A stretch of DNA of 64,000 bases from Tubulanus polymorphus (GCF_964204645.1 NC_134029.1:10938850-11002849); one strand, 5' to 3'. Positions 1 to 12,255 are shown, counted from the first letter of the stretch. Notes: generated by a model from the sequence alone, not told the origin. Translations and numbers: made by a program.

Positions 1-184
1 TTCTGGCAGCTAATAGATGACTTTTGTATAGGCCTATAAAATGTTGCAAGTGTGATTTGTTATCCCAGGCGGAAGTTTTATGTTTTATATATAAAATATG
101 AAAAAACTCCAGGCAGCCGCTAAACTCTGTATGGGCACTGATACGAATCAAGTAATTTATTTTATATGGCCTTAAATCGGTGGA

Positions 185-343
185 AACGACCGCCATTTTG
201 TTCGTGTTTGTTTGTTTCTTTATGCAAATGAGCCGTTGCACGCATGCGCAATGAGGCAGGGATGCTTCAATTATATCATTGGGGAGGGAGGAGCTTCTTG
301 TTGCATAAAGGAATAAACAAACACGAACAAAATGGCGGTCGTT
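185..343. mobile_element. Small fold-back element (MITE-like)
   Basis: 43-bp inverted repeat with 2 mismatches (185-227 AACGACCGCCATTTTGTTCGTG... vs 301-343). No clear TSD. Confidence 0.65.
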
Positions 344-622
344 CTCATCGTTATATGAAAATGAAAATGACGATTTATGTGGACTGCGCAACCCTACTGA
401 GAGACCTATTTGAGGTATGCACAGCGAAAATGAAGCGAAATATCCCAAAAAGATTGAGGACAATCGAAAATAAATAGACTTTAGTCGTATACAGCAGGGT
501 GTCTACATATGCTGATTGACCGTACATCGTTGCTGATTGGCTCATTTAACGCCATGAATGCGCTAAAGTGTGCGGCTATGAAAATTCAAGGGAAATGTTG
601 AGTTCAGTGATAGATACATGAG

Positions 623-690
623 GATCTAGCAGGATTCAAACCCAGGCCAGCGTATGGCTAGCGTTGCGTCTTTCCACTAGACCACAGAGC
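623..690 (-). repeat. tRNA-derived fragment (SINE head or tRNA pseudogene)
   Basis: Minus strand has A-box-like TGGTCTAGTGG and B-box-like GGTTTGAATCC at tRNA spacing, but the stems pair poorly. Confidence 0.45.
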
Positions 691-855
691 TCCACGTTTT
701 AATACATATAACACTCACCCCCTCCCTATAAGGAAGAATATATTGAAAAATGGGAGTAAAAGACACGTAAAAAGATATGTTAAAACCGCATTTTATCCCA
801 AGGATCTGCAAAAATTTTGAGTTAATTATTCAGAATTAAGGGAACTACTTTAAAT

Positions 856-1211
856 ATGGATTATAGTACCTATATGAATTTTACTCGACACACAAAAGTG
901 AATAATGTTTGAAAAATGGGGTAAAAGACACGTAAAAAGATAAGATATGTTAAAACCGCATTTTATCCCAAGAATCTGCAAAAATTTTGAGTTATTTATT
1001 CAGTACTCGTGTTTCGCGGGACAGTTGTTTTGTAACACGTAGACCGCGTGCTCGTAATTCTCCGGGACTCGACCCTTAGTGATGCTGTGAAACCGGCATG
1101 CTTGTTATTCTAAAAAATTCGCACCGTTGCTGAGGGACTGTGCTTTTGGTGGGATTCGAATCCAGTCTTCCAATCGGTTTCTAGGGAGAAATCCGAACTA
1201 AAAACATTTTT
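856..1211. repeat. ~350-bp direct repeat, copy 1 (copy 2 at 2034-2387, partial copy at ~744-832)
   Basis: Near-identical ATGGATTATAGTA...GAGAAATCCGAACTAAAAACA on both sides of the exon at 1907-1953. Confidence 0.85.
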
Positions 1212-1906
1212 GACATTGTTTGTAAATTTTCTTTGTAAATATTTGTTAATATATAGATGTGTCCCGGATATAAACGACACTTTTTGAGAAGGACTGTATG
1301 GAAAAATATAGAAAATTTGAATTTGCCTCATGCGCGATTAACTTAAAGAGCTTCCGGCTCGCGCATTCGGTGTTCGCTGTGCGCTTATTAACCCTATATA
1401 TGTTACATGCATTGCTGTCCAGTGACAAGCCTAATTAGACTTAACAAAGGGCACTCACACATAAGGCAATAGAAGTAGGCCTATCCCAGATGGATTAAAC
1501 CCGATTAAACTAGGCCTATATAAATTCTGGAAGGGGTTTATGCTCCTCTTTCCCCGTTCCTGAAATATTCAGTCAATTTCCTGGTGGACCACCTTAATAT
1601 CTCTTCAACCATTAGATATTTTCATTTTTCAGCATAGCAATTTGATAGAAAATTGAATCTAGTTTCAGAATAACGCAGTTCCTGTTTGGCTGGCAATCTG
1701 AACAAACTCTGCCTATTGATCAATTTTGAGCAATGGCTTACTATGTAATGGCTGCACTGCCAACTACAAGATGAATCATAGGGCCTAGTACCAACCAGGA
1801 ACACCCCGTATCATCAGGATGACACAGACCATGTTAAAAACACGTAATTTGAGAATGGGGCCTACAATACTTTTAATAATTCAGTTCTTGTCTGTTACTC
1901 TATTAG

Positions 1907-1953
1907 GTGAGAAGGTACTTTGCTTTCATGGACCATTACTATATGAGGCTAAG
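1907..1953 (+). CDS. MORF4L1: MRG15/MORF4L1 coding exon (first one visible; chromo-barrel N-part)
   Basis: TATTAG|GT GAG AAG...GCT AAG|GTAAGT translates (G)EKVLCFHGPLLYEAK, matching MRG15 GERVLCFHGPLLYEAK. Confidence 0.95.
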
Positions 1954-2033
1954 GTAAGTTACCTCTCGCTAAAATTTGGGTGTATAGTAGGCACTTAACC
2001 ATATGCTTATGCCCCCGGCTCAACTATAGTAGA

Positions 2034-2387
2034 TGGATTATAGTATGTATATGAATTTTACTCGACTTTCAAAAGGGAATAATGTTTGAAAAGCGGGAGT
2101 AAAAGACACATAAAAAGATAAGATATGTTAAAACCGCATTTTATCCCAAGAATCTGCAAAAATTTTGAGTTATTTATTCAGTACTCGAGTTTCGCGGAAT
2201 GGTCGTTTTGTAACACGTGGACAGCGCGGGACTCGACCGGGACTCGACCCATAGTGATGCTGTGAAACCGGCGCGCTTGTTCTAAAAAATTCGCTCCATT
2301 GCTAAGGGACTGTGCATTTTGTGGTATTCGAATCCAGTCTTCCAATCGGTTTTTACAGAGAAATCCGAACTAAAAACAACATTTTTT
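2034..2387. repeat. ~350-bp direct repeat, copy 2
   Basis: Aligns by eye with 856-1211. Confidence 0.85.
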
Positions 2388-3512
2388 AAATTAGGTTGAT
2401 TCGTTTCAAATTATGGCCACCAGGGGGCCGACATGTAAAATGACGTTAACAGCCTAGAGGGCGCAATTTTTGACCGATTCATTTCAAACTTGGTACACAA
2501 GTAGGATATCACTTGGGCCAGCACCCTCTTTAAAATTGGGTCGATTCGATTCAAATTATGGCCACCAGGGGGCCGACATCTAAAATGACGTTAACAGCCT
2601 AGAGGGCGCAATTGTTGACCGATTCATTTCAAACTTAGTACACAAGTAGGAAATCACTTGGGCCAGAACTCCATTTAAAACTGGGTAGATTCGATTCAAA
2701 TTATGGCCACCAGGGGGCCAACATGAACAATGACGTTAACTGCATAGAAGTCGCAATTGTTGACCGAATTATTTAAACGTGGTACACAAGTAGGATATCA
2801 CTTGGGACTGAAGCCTATCTAAAATTGGGTCGATTCGATCCGAATAATGGCCAACAGGAGGCCGACATGAAAATGACGTTAATAGCCTCAAGGCCGCAAT
2901 TGTTGACCTATTCATTTCAAACTTGGTACACTAGTGGGATATAGTGGCCAAAACCCTATTAAAAATTGGGTTGATTCAATTCAAATTATTGCCACCAGGG
3001 GGGCCGACATGAAGAACCCCGTTAACAGCCTAGATGCCACAATTTTTGACCGATTCTTTTCAAACTTGGTACACAAGTAGAGTATCACTTAGCCCCGAAT
3101 GCTATTTAAAATTGGGTCAATTCGATTCGAATAATGGCCACCAGGGAGCCGACATGAAAAATGACGTTAATAGCCTAGAGGCTGCAATTGTTGACTGAAT
3201 TATTTCAAACTTGGTACACAAGTAGGGTATCACTTGGGCCAGAACTCTATTTAAAATTGGCTTGATTCAATCCAAATTATAACTAGAGGCTGCAATTGTT
3301 GACCAATTAAAATTATGGCCATCAGGGGAAAACAGCCTAGAGGCTGCAATGTTGATAAATTATTTACACTTTGTACACATGTTCTCTAATATCATTTTTA
3401 TAGAAATAATTGTGGCCATGATATTTCTAACGCATTTACCACAATCCCTGTCACTTCACGTGGCGGTGAATTTCAGGCCGGGGGCATTCGAGGCTTTGTC
3501 TCATTCTCGTTT
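2388..3512 (+). repeat. Tandem array of ~145-bp units (~6.5 copies), probably the body of a Helentron-associated element
   Basis: GGCCACCAGGGGGC or a close variant recurs at 2415, 2560, 2705, 2849, 2990 and 3136. The array ends in CAGGCCGGGGGCATTC plus a short hairpin and TT, resembling HINE 3' ends. Confidence 0.85.
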
Positions 3513-3560
3513 CCTGTATATTTCATATTCGCTCCCTGCTTATCTTATCCCTGCTGTTAA

Positions 3561-4016
3561 CTCATTGCCTGTCAAACTGGTATGTGCAATATTTGCCATC
3601 ACTTGGCTGCCAAAACCGTATTTCCCATCACTTGACTACCAAAACCATACTGGTACGGTTGATTTGTTTCTTAACTCAAATGAAAGATGGCGAATTCATC
3701 GCATGATACCAGTTAGTTTAATGCCTTTTACTGCTTAAGTGGATTATCATCAGTCATTCTATGCATCGTGTTAGTGACGGCATGAATGGGTGTATTTTCT
3801 GCAAAATACCCCCTCTGCACTGATGATTGCCACAGATTGTTTCAATCTTAAAGAAATGCTACTGATTTGAGGTGAAAAAGCGAGACCAGATACCCAAAAT
3901 AAAACAAAATTGATAAAAATATCCCTTCTAGTTATTTTTTTCTGAAATCTCTGAAAAACACTCAAATCCTGGTAAAGCGCAGTATTTCCTGAAAAATAGG
4001 TGTGGCTGGCAAAGAT
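3561..4016. mobile_element. Possible degenerate TTAA-flanked (piggyBac-type) MITE
   Basis: TTAA|CTCATTGCCTGTC ... GGCTGGCAAAGAT|TTAA with imperfect terminal inverted repeats. Confidence 0.35.
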
Positions 4017-4117
4017 TTAATTGTTACTAAAATACCACACTTAACGGGTTTAATGGTTGAAATTTTCAGCATAGAAAATACTATGAATTATCCAATATTG
4101 TAAATCGATATGATTTT

Positions 4118-6568
4118 TAGCCCACTTGGGACTTTTCTTCCGTCGTTCGTCCTTCCGAAGACGGAATCCAGTTATTTTGGGAAGTTTTGAAGACGCTTCA
4201 AGGTAATGTCTTCATATTTGATTTATACATGTATCTACCCTAGACACATCTTCAGCCCAAAACTGGCCCTCTCAGTTTCAAGATGGCCGACTGGCAGCCA
4301 TTGTCGTTTCGTCGAAATCACTTTGTTCACATTTTTAGTCCACTTGGGACTTTAGTCCCAGTGGGCTATTGCGTTCACTTGTTGTCCGTCCGTTCGTCCG
4401 TAGACGGAATCCAATTATTTTGGGAAGTTTTGAAAACGCTTCGATCAATTACCTTGATCTTTCGTATATATTTGATCCCCCCAGGGCCCATCAGCATAAG
4501 AAAAATTGGGTCGATCAGACTCAAGAAGGCCGTCCTATGACCTTTTAAGTATCCAAAGATGTCATATTTTGTTACCATGATCAATTGCAAAGTTGTTGTT
4601 CATGACATGTTCTATGATTGTGGTGAGTTTCAAGGTCATTGAGTTTTGCATATGGTCACCAGGGGGCGTTGAATAGTAGAATAACTTAGTATTTCCATAT
4701 TAAATTGGTAACGAGGCATATTTTGCTATCATAATCAATAAAAAAATCATAGCTGCTGAGATATTCTATGATTGTGTTGAGTTTCAAGGTCATTGGTTTT
4801 TGTAAATGGTCACCAGGGAGCGTTGAATATTGAAATTGTAGATTGTTAAGCATTTGAAACGACTTCCCAAATGCGCATGGTGTCCCTGGACCCCTAGTTT
4901 TCGAGGGAAATTTTGAAGACGCTTTGATCCATTACCTTGATCTTTCGTGTATATATGTATCCCCCAAGGGCCCATCAGCATGAGAAAAATTGGGTTGATT
5001 GGACTCAAGATGGCCGTCCTGTAACCTGTGCCCAAAAATGTCAATGTTGGCCTGAATTCTGAGTCCTGTAGCTTCCTAATAATGGTTTGTCATTTTTCAT
5101 TGCAATTGCTGATGGGTATTTTTTGAAAAGGGATATTTTATACCCGAGACAGATATATTTGATCAGGCAATTATTACGCAATTGGTGGCCATCTTGGTGT
5201 CATCAGTACTCGTCCGTAAGTGGAAAAAAGTTTGACTGTCCGTCGGTCGACAGAATCCAGTTATTTTGGGGAGTTTTGAAGACGCTTCGATGTAATGTCT
5301 TGGTATTTGGGTTACGCATGTATCTACCCTAGACAGATCTTCAGCCAAAAACTGGCCCTGTCAGAATCAAGATGGCCGACTGGCAGCCATTGTTGTTCAC
5401 CAAATTCGGCACTTTTTACACGTTTTTTTAGGAAATTTTGAAGACGCTTCGATCAATTACCTTGATCTTTTGTATATATTTGAATTCTCCAATGGCCCAT
5501 CAGAATAAAAATTGGGTTGATCGGACTCAAGATGGCCGTCTTATGACCTTTTAACTGCCCAAAAATGTCAATTTTGGCAGGGATTCTGGGTCCTGTAGCT
5601 TCCTACTGGTTTGCCATATCTCATTGCAATTTGTGATGGGTATTCTTTGGAAAGGGATGTTTTATACCTGAGACAGGTATTTTTGGTCAGCCAATTATGA
5701 CGCAATTGGCGGCCATCTTGGTGTCATCAGTGTTCATCCGTAGGTAGGAAAAAGTTTTTCCACATCATATCGATACCTTAGCATTTGTGTTATTACAATC
5801 AAATCGAAAGTTGTAGCCCATAACGTGTTCTATGATTTTGGTGAGTTTCAAGGTCATTGGTTTTTGAATATGGCCACCAGGGGGTGTTGAATTATACAAT
5901 AATTTAGGGTTTGCTTATAGTCACCAGAGGGCGTTGAATATTGAAATTGTTAGATTGTTGAGCATTTGAAACCACTTCCCAAGTGGGCATGGTGGGTGTC
6001 CCTGGACCCCTAGTTGTGAATGGCCACCAGGGGGTGTTGAACAATACTATAACTTAGTATTTCTATATTATATTCGTACCTATGCATATTTTGTAACCAC
6101 AATCAATTGCAAAGTTTTAGCTCATGACATGGTCTATGATTGTGGTAAGTTTCAAGGGCATTTGTTATTCTATATGGTCACTAGGGGGCGTTGAACAGTA
6201 GAATAACTTAGTATTTCCTTATTACACTGGTACCTAGGCATATTCTGTTACCATGATCAATTGCAGAGTTGTAGCTCATGACACGTTCTATGATAATGGT
6301 GAGTTTCATGGTCATTGGGCTTCGCATATGGTCGCCAGGGGGGCGTTGAATAGTAGAATTACTTAGTAATTCTATATCATATTGGTAACTGGGCATATTT
6401 TGTTACCACACAATCAATTACAAAACTGTAGCTGCTGACCTGTGCTATGATTGTGGTGAGTTTCAAGGTCATTGGATTTTTATCAACATACTGAATATTG
6501 AAATTGTTAGATTGTTGAGCATCTGAAACCACTTCCTTAGTGGGCATGGTGCCCCTGGACCCCTAGTT
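4118..6568 (+). mobile_element. Cluster of Helentron-associated (HINE/DINE-like) elements, self-nested, with ~154-bp internal repeats
   Basis: 5' subTIR AG(C/T)CCACTTGGG followed by a (GTCC)n-like tract at 4118 and 4336 (stem-loop intact at 4336). 3' subTIR CCCAAGTGGGCA (variants) with GTCCCTGGAC hairpin and CTAGTT ending at 4899, 6015 and 6568. No TSD; inserted in T-runs. Confidence 0.85.
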
Positions 6569-6733
6569 CAACAAATGTGAAATGTACAGTTAAAGCACCA
6601 TTTTGTTTGAGAGAAATGGCATGATAAGGCCTACAAGACCCTTATTTCTGAGTCATTTAATTCATATATATATTTATGTACCGATATTTCATCAATTATT
6701 TTCAATAAACTGATGGTCAACTTTGATTTCTAG

Positions 6734-6801
6734 TGTGTAAGAATTGATGTTAAAGACAAACAAGTTCGATACTTCATGCATTACAATGGCTGGAATAAAA
6801 A
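6734..6801 (+). CDS. MORF4L1: MRG15/MORF4L1 exon (chromo barrel)
   Basis: TTCTAG|TGT GTA...AAA AA|GTAAGT = CVRIDVKDKQVRYFMHYNGWNK(N), cf. CVKVAIKDKQVKYFIHYSGWNKN. Confidence 0.96.
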
Positions 6802-7480
6802 GTAAGTCCTTTTTTATTTTATTGAGATTATCAGGTATTGACAAATGATGAAGGAAACATTAATACGACATAACAGTGGTGGATCCAGCCTACTCTGAGT
6901 ACCGCTTGAGCCACAGCATTTTCAATATAGCCTAGTCAATGTTTGCCTGTATGTGACTTTACACGCAAACATGTATCATGTTTCTCTTTCCGATACTAGT
7001 CGCATGTGTGGTACCTGGCTGTTAGTGAATCGGTGTACCACGGGCACTCTAGGCTTCGGCTTGTCGATTTGTTAGCTCTAGAGAGAACTATTACAAACGT
7101 GTCAGCATCGTGTCGTGTATGTTTACCACGAACCAATGCACACCATTTTTACAGTCATTGAATTAACGAAAGATCCGATTGATGGGGTTAAATAATAGAT
7201 CCGGCAACTTTTTATTTGTATAAATTTTTATAATTTTGTATAAGATTATTTCACATTATATTGGGTTGAATGGTGATTGAAGTTGATCACAATGATATTA
7301 AGAAGATTTTTGAATAATATTTTATCAATAATTCGTTCGGATGAATTTATTTTACAAGGTGAATTGATTTGCGGATGACTACATCACTTGGCGTGAACGG
7401 GCACCTTGCACCGGGTCAGTACCGTAGCAGTCTTAAATTCCTTGTTTTGTGCTGGGAAAGTCCTTGAAAGCCTTTAATTT

Positions 7481-8166
7481 TTGGTTTACCTTTGTCAGCA
7501 GTATGAGCTTGGCATTGAGCCAATTCATGTTGAATCGCGGTACGTTTTTTTATGTGAGCATTTTTTTCATTGGTTCTCAGGTTAAACGACGTATAATAGA
7601 TGCGATTGAAGACATTGACAAACCTCCGTCGATGAAATAGTCAACTTTGTTAAAATTCGACGAAAAACTGTTCTGGGGGGAAAATTCTTAGCTCTTGCGT
7701 ATAAAATTGCTATGACCTCGATTGGGAGGCGTCGTCTCTACGAGCAAATGTGATTGGCTGTTTTTTTTGGGATAAACGGGGAATTCCGGCGCTACTAAAA
7801 TAATTATGGGAAAGCCATTAATGGCGAACGTTTCATTGGACTAGGTGCCGTATGTGCGAATCTTAAATGCTCATTGCTGGTGAGAATATAATTATTTCAC
7901 ATATCGCACATACCCAGGTATTGTTTCGTTTTGATACCCGGTGATTGTGTTTATAGAGATCGAAGTGAAGCGAACATTCACTACACAAGGCCTCCACGTG
8001 TGAGGGAGCGCTAAACATTAGACTGTTGCACACACAAACTCACGCTGATACAGACTACTATATGGTGATGCTGTAACGCTGCTTGACGATTGCACGTTTG
8101 GTATGATAACAGGCTGGCTCGAATAATCATCGTAGCACAAGATGAGCGCTGTGTTTTCTGTTTGAT
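7481..8166. repeat. Interspersed repeat, second copy at ~28598-29252
   Basis: Collinear similarity from TTGGTTTACCTTTGTCAGC to GCGCTGTGTTTTCTGTTTGAT. Confidence 0.85.
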
Positions 8167-8717
8167 TGTATTATTAGGGTTTTCTGTTATTTCACAGAAA
8201 ACCCTATTGATATCCGCATGATTATTATTATTATTATTTTCTTCCACACTATTTTTACTAAAAGAACAAAGGCTTTGTTACCTTGACGCTGTTGTCGATA
8301 CAATCCATCTGATATCATTCAGCTCACTTCGATATACAAATACCCCGTGCATATTTTGAAGAATCATCGTTACAAAAGCACTGTCGGGCCGTAAACATCG
8401 AAAATTGAGCCCCATTCAAAGAGCCGACATGTTTTTCTAAGTCCTCTTTCCGAAATCTACCGCACGTTTCTTGTCACATCAATTATCAATTCAAGCATAA
8501 ATTAACAAATTTATTACCCAAAGCAGTGCTTCATCTAGCATTAAAAAAGGGCAGGGTGCTGATTTCAAATAAGGGCATTTTTATGCGGGATTCCATTGGA
8601 GCAAGGGCACATAATAACGCACTCACGTCCGTTTTAGGGGCAACCTGCAATGTTCCCTATTGCATAGAATCGAGGTACCCCCTACTACAATTGAGGACTA
8701 GAAACTATGTTTCACTC

Positions 8718-9022
8718 TTGCCATGAGTGACACACTTGACCACAGTACATCCTTACACCTATGCCTGTCAATGTACAAAAATAATCAGATAGGGCTTTCA
8801 AAATTATTTGGAAAACCAGTTGCAGACAAAAAATGGCAGAAAAAAGCAAATCTCAAAAAGCAAATGATACAGCGAAAAAAAGCCAGCAATAGTGTATAGG
8901 CCTACATGAAATTGCATATTTTCAATCTTAGAAATATCAAATTAATTGATTTAAATTGATAGTGTTAGTGATTGGCAAGTGACTGTTGATAATTGGTAAT
9001 GAACCAGCTTAAGAACACATTT
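8718..9022. repeat. Interspersed repeat, second copy at ~55866-56166
   Basis: TTGCCATGAGTGACA...CCAGCTTAAGAACACATTT present in both places. Confidence 0.85.
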
Positions 9023-10082
9023 TTGCTATTAGGCCACTCAAACTAATTGTCTCTCCAAGTCTCTCTGTGAGTTCACCGAAAAAAGTTTTTCACCTTGTGT
9101 ATATAGAATTTGTCTAATAGTCTAGATAAAAAGATCCAGAGCATCACGATGTGTTCAAAACGAAACAATCCATCGAATATACACTACCAGCTTTATAACG
9201 GCAGTCGCTAGAATGATTGGCAGTAGTTTGGAAGGCAGCCAATTTCTTGGAAACTAAAACTAGGCCACGCGTCTGAGGCACGTTTTCACACGATGCACAC
9301 TGACTACAGGAAATTTACTACTTTAGATTTCAAAAGCACTGTCAAGCCGTAAACATCGACGAATCGACGTGTGTCACTACATCATCGTTCCGGGGATCAG
9401 CTGCAAGGTTCACCTCATCATGAGAATCAAAAACGAGTACAAATTAATTTATTACTACCAGTGATTTGGCTGCGGGCGTCATGCAATTAGTTTAGCAATA
9501 CCTATTTTTCTTTATCAAATTAACTGTGTATTTACTAAGATGAATCATAAGTGTACCGGGGAGTCGTAGGCCTAAACGAAACACGCTGAAGAGATATAGC
9601 GGAGAAAAGCTGTTATGTCGACGAGGTATCAAAATAAAAGAATATATTACTTTATTCGGCCGCGGGCTTCAACCTCTATATCAATACCATCAATACTCTA
9701 TATTTCCTACAGTACATACCGATTATTGTCAAATGCACGAGGTATTTACTAAATACAAGTATATAACACAATCCTTTCCGTATGCTGGACTCACACTTGA
9801 CTTTCGGAGTAAGCGTTCGCTGTGGGGGAAAGGGATCGTTCGCTATGTTGCTTGAAGTGTTTATCGAGTTTGACGCGGCTTTAGGCCTACCGGTACTGAG
9901 CTTTACTGTCTCAAGCAAACACAGTATAATTGTTGCGTTTATTAACGGACTCATTGGATTGAACTTCAAAACAAAATTTACGATATTTAGATACTTTATT
10001 AGCTTTTGAATAATTAGGCCAATTAATAACGTAATAGAGACTTATGCTTTCGCCTATTTTGAAGTCGATTAATCTGATATAG

Positions 10083-10488
10083 TACGGAAGCGATAAAGGG
10101 CCTCGAGTTGTCGCGTTCAAACTCGACAAGTCGCCATATTTATGTCGATATATCCCGTCAAGTCCACATGAATATGTCTACATATCGTGACGTTTTCACG
10201 ACAAATTTCGCTTTTTTGCTCATTTTCCACGAGACAAGCCATCATTTGAAGACATGTCTAAATGTAAGATGAGGATGCCAGTAATATGACGACTGAGTTT
10301 CAAGTCGTCATGAATATGTTGACTTGTCGCGGAGAAAATGGTTGAGAAAACGAAATATGTCGTCAAAACGTCACGATATATCGACATATTCATGTCGACT
10401 TGACGTGATATATCGCGGTATGTCGACATAAATATGGCCACTTGTCGAGATGCAACGCGACATCTCGAGGCCCCTTATCGCTTCCGTA
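10083..10488. mobile_element. MITE with TACGG termini and 7-bp TSD; partial second copy starts at 10588
   Basis: ~60-bp imperfect TIRs TACGGAAGCGATAA(A/G)GGGCCTCGAG...; GATATAG duplicated at 10076-10082 and 10489-10495. Confidence 0.9.
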
Positions 10489-11119
10489 GATATAGTGTCG
10501 AATATTAAGGTCATTTTGGCAGATTCTTTTTTTTTTTTAAAGTGATATTAAAGCGATCATTCAAGTGATCCTACTTAATGAAAGATCTACGGAAGCGATA
10601 AAGGGCCTCGAGTTGTCGCGTTCCAACTCGACAAGTCGCCATATTTATATCGCATCAAATCGACATGAATATGTCGACATATCACTGGCGTCCTCATCTT
10701 TCAGCAACGCCAGTCACATGGAGTCGTACGTGTTCTACTTTCTGCGACGCGATACGACTGTCACAACCAACCGACGCGCTCTTGCGACTGGCAGAAACTA
10801 GTCGCACACATTCGTATTGCAACCGACTTGCACCGAAATTTGCGATGCAACGCGAGGATTGCATCGTGTCACAAGACCAACCTACGTCCGGCTTTAAAGG
10901 ACTACTGAACACTATTCCAATATGCATCGTATTTTTCCACTATACTGTTGATTAAGTAACACATATTCCATATTGACTCCTAAAAGTATTTACATGAAGT
11001 TTTTTTAACCAAAAAAATAAACTTTTGTAAGATCTCCGCTGTTTTGTTTACTCTGACCACGTGTAATGAGCAGGTCACGTGAGTAAACGTCAGCGCGAGA
11101 AGTTACTTTGTAAACAAAC

Positions 11120-12087
11120 ATGGCGGATACAATTAACAACATAAGCAACAGCGATGAAAGTTCAGAAGATTCTTCGTCAGATAATAATTATATTGAAAGG
11201 GAAGACAGTGAGTCGGGCAGTGAATTATCTGTGGAGACTGTAAACGTGGCAGAACCAATTCTAGATCCATATTTATATGAACCAGATGCATCCGACTCGG
11301 AAGAGGCGACCGACCTGATGACAGGCCGGATAGACTGAATAGATTAGACATGGATCGCCAAGATGAATGGTAATGAATAACTATTGTTTAAAAAAAACTA
11401 TTCATAATAAGGTCAAATATTTTATTCACGGCATTCCTAAGAAAAAGTATTGTCTAACTAACCATACACTTTTATTACAACGTGGTAGGCCTATTACTCA
11501 CTGCTCACAATAGGCCTATGTTATTGTCATCGAACTCAACAATAGTTGTTGTAGTACGTTACTCGAGCGAGGCGTAGCATACATCTTTGTGTTAGCAAGT
11601 TTCTAGGGATGTTTAACTTTCAATTTGCAGACTGAACGTGGTAATTCAAAATCATTTTCTCTTTCCTAGGTGTCATTGCCAGATATTGGACACTGAGCCA
11701 GAGTGTATCTGCTGCCATGAGGTTCCCAAGGTCAAAAGTAAATTAGACCAGCTCAATGCAAGACCAGGAGACGACCATTTCACTTGCATGACTGATACGC
11801 CATCATTTCAGTCAGTGTGTTTGGATGTTTCGGTGCTGGAAACAGCATGGTATGGGTTTCGTTCGCGGTATGGCCGTTAAGCGTTTGAGGGACCTTTACC
11901 AGACAAATATATGAACATTGCATATAGACAGTGTGTCCGATGGTGCTGGGTATTCTGCGGCAAAAACAATAGAGTTATATTGCCTGCATGTATCGTGTCA
12001 TGCATCAGGGCACATTTCCCAAAAGAAGATGTTCTCGAAGAGGATCAGCAATTCAGAGGATTCCGTCTACCTCCATTAGAAAACTAA
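11120..12087 (+). pseudogene. KolX accessory gene (P2X7 cytoplasmic ballast-like domain), 2 exons (11120-11369, 11670-12087)
   Basis: Acidic N-terminus with PYLYEP, then W|CHC..ECICCHE..CMT..F..VCL..AYRQCVRW..RVILPACIVSCIRAHFP..QFRGF, cf. P2X7 AYRCYATW..ILPSCCRWRIRKEFP..QYSGF. Frameshift near 11315 and in-frame TAA at 11878. Confidence 0.88.
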
Positions 12088-12255
12088 AACGCAATTTTTA
12101 GTTGCAATGTATAAAATATTTTATTAATTTACAAGAATAAATGATTTGTATATATTTTGCATTAAAAAAGTTGTCAATCATGTCATCTTGAGCCGAGTAA
12201 CAAGGAATTCAAATAACTACAATGATATTAACAGCAGTAAATAGTCAAGTGGTTA

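Noticed and set aside
623-690. Functional tRNA gene (also 32700-32766 and ~21587-21642)
   Set aside because: Only A/B-box-like motifs; acceptor and anticodon stems do not pair convincingly.
1-1906. MRG15 first (ATG) exon
   Set aside because: No MAPK..KF..G-like segment with a phase-1 GT donor was recognised; it probably lies upstream of the window.
2388-3330. CRISPR-like periodic array
   Set aside because: Whole 145-bp units are homologous with no unique spacers; eukaryotic intronic context and no cas genes.
11670-12087. A P2X7 receptor gene
   Set aside because: Only the ballast-like domain is present, with no transmembrane or ectodomain, and it lies inside a TIR/TSD-bounded Kolobok.
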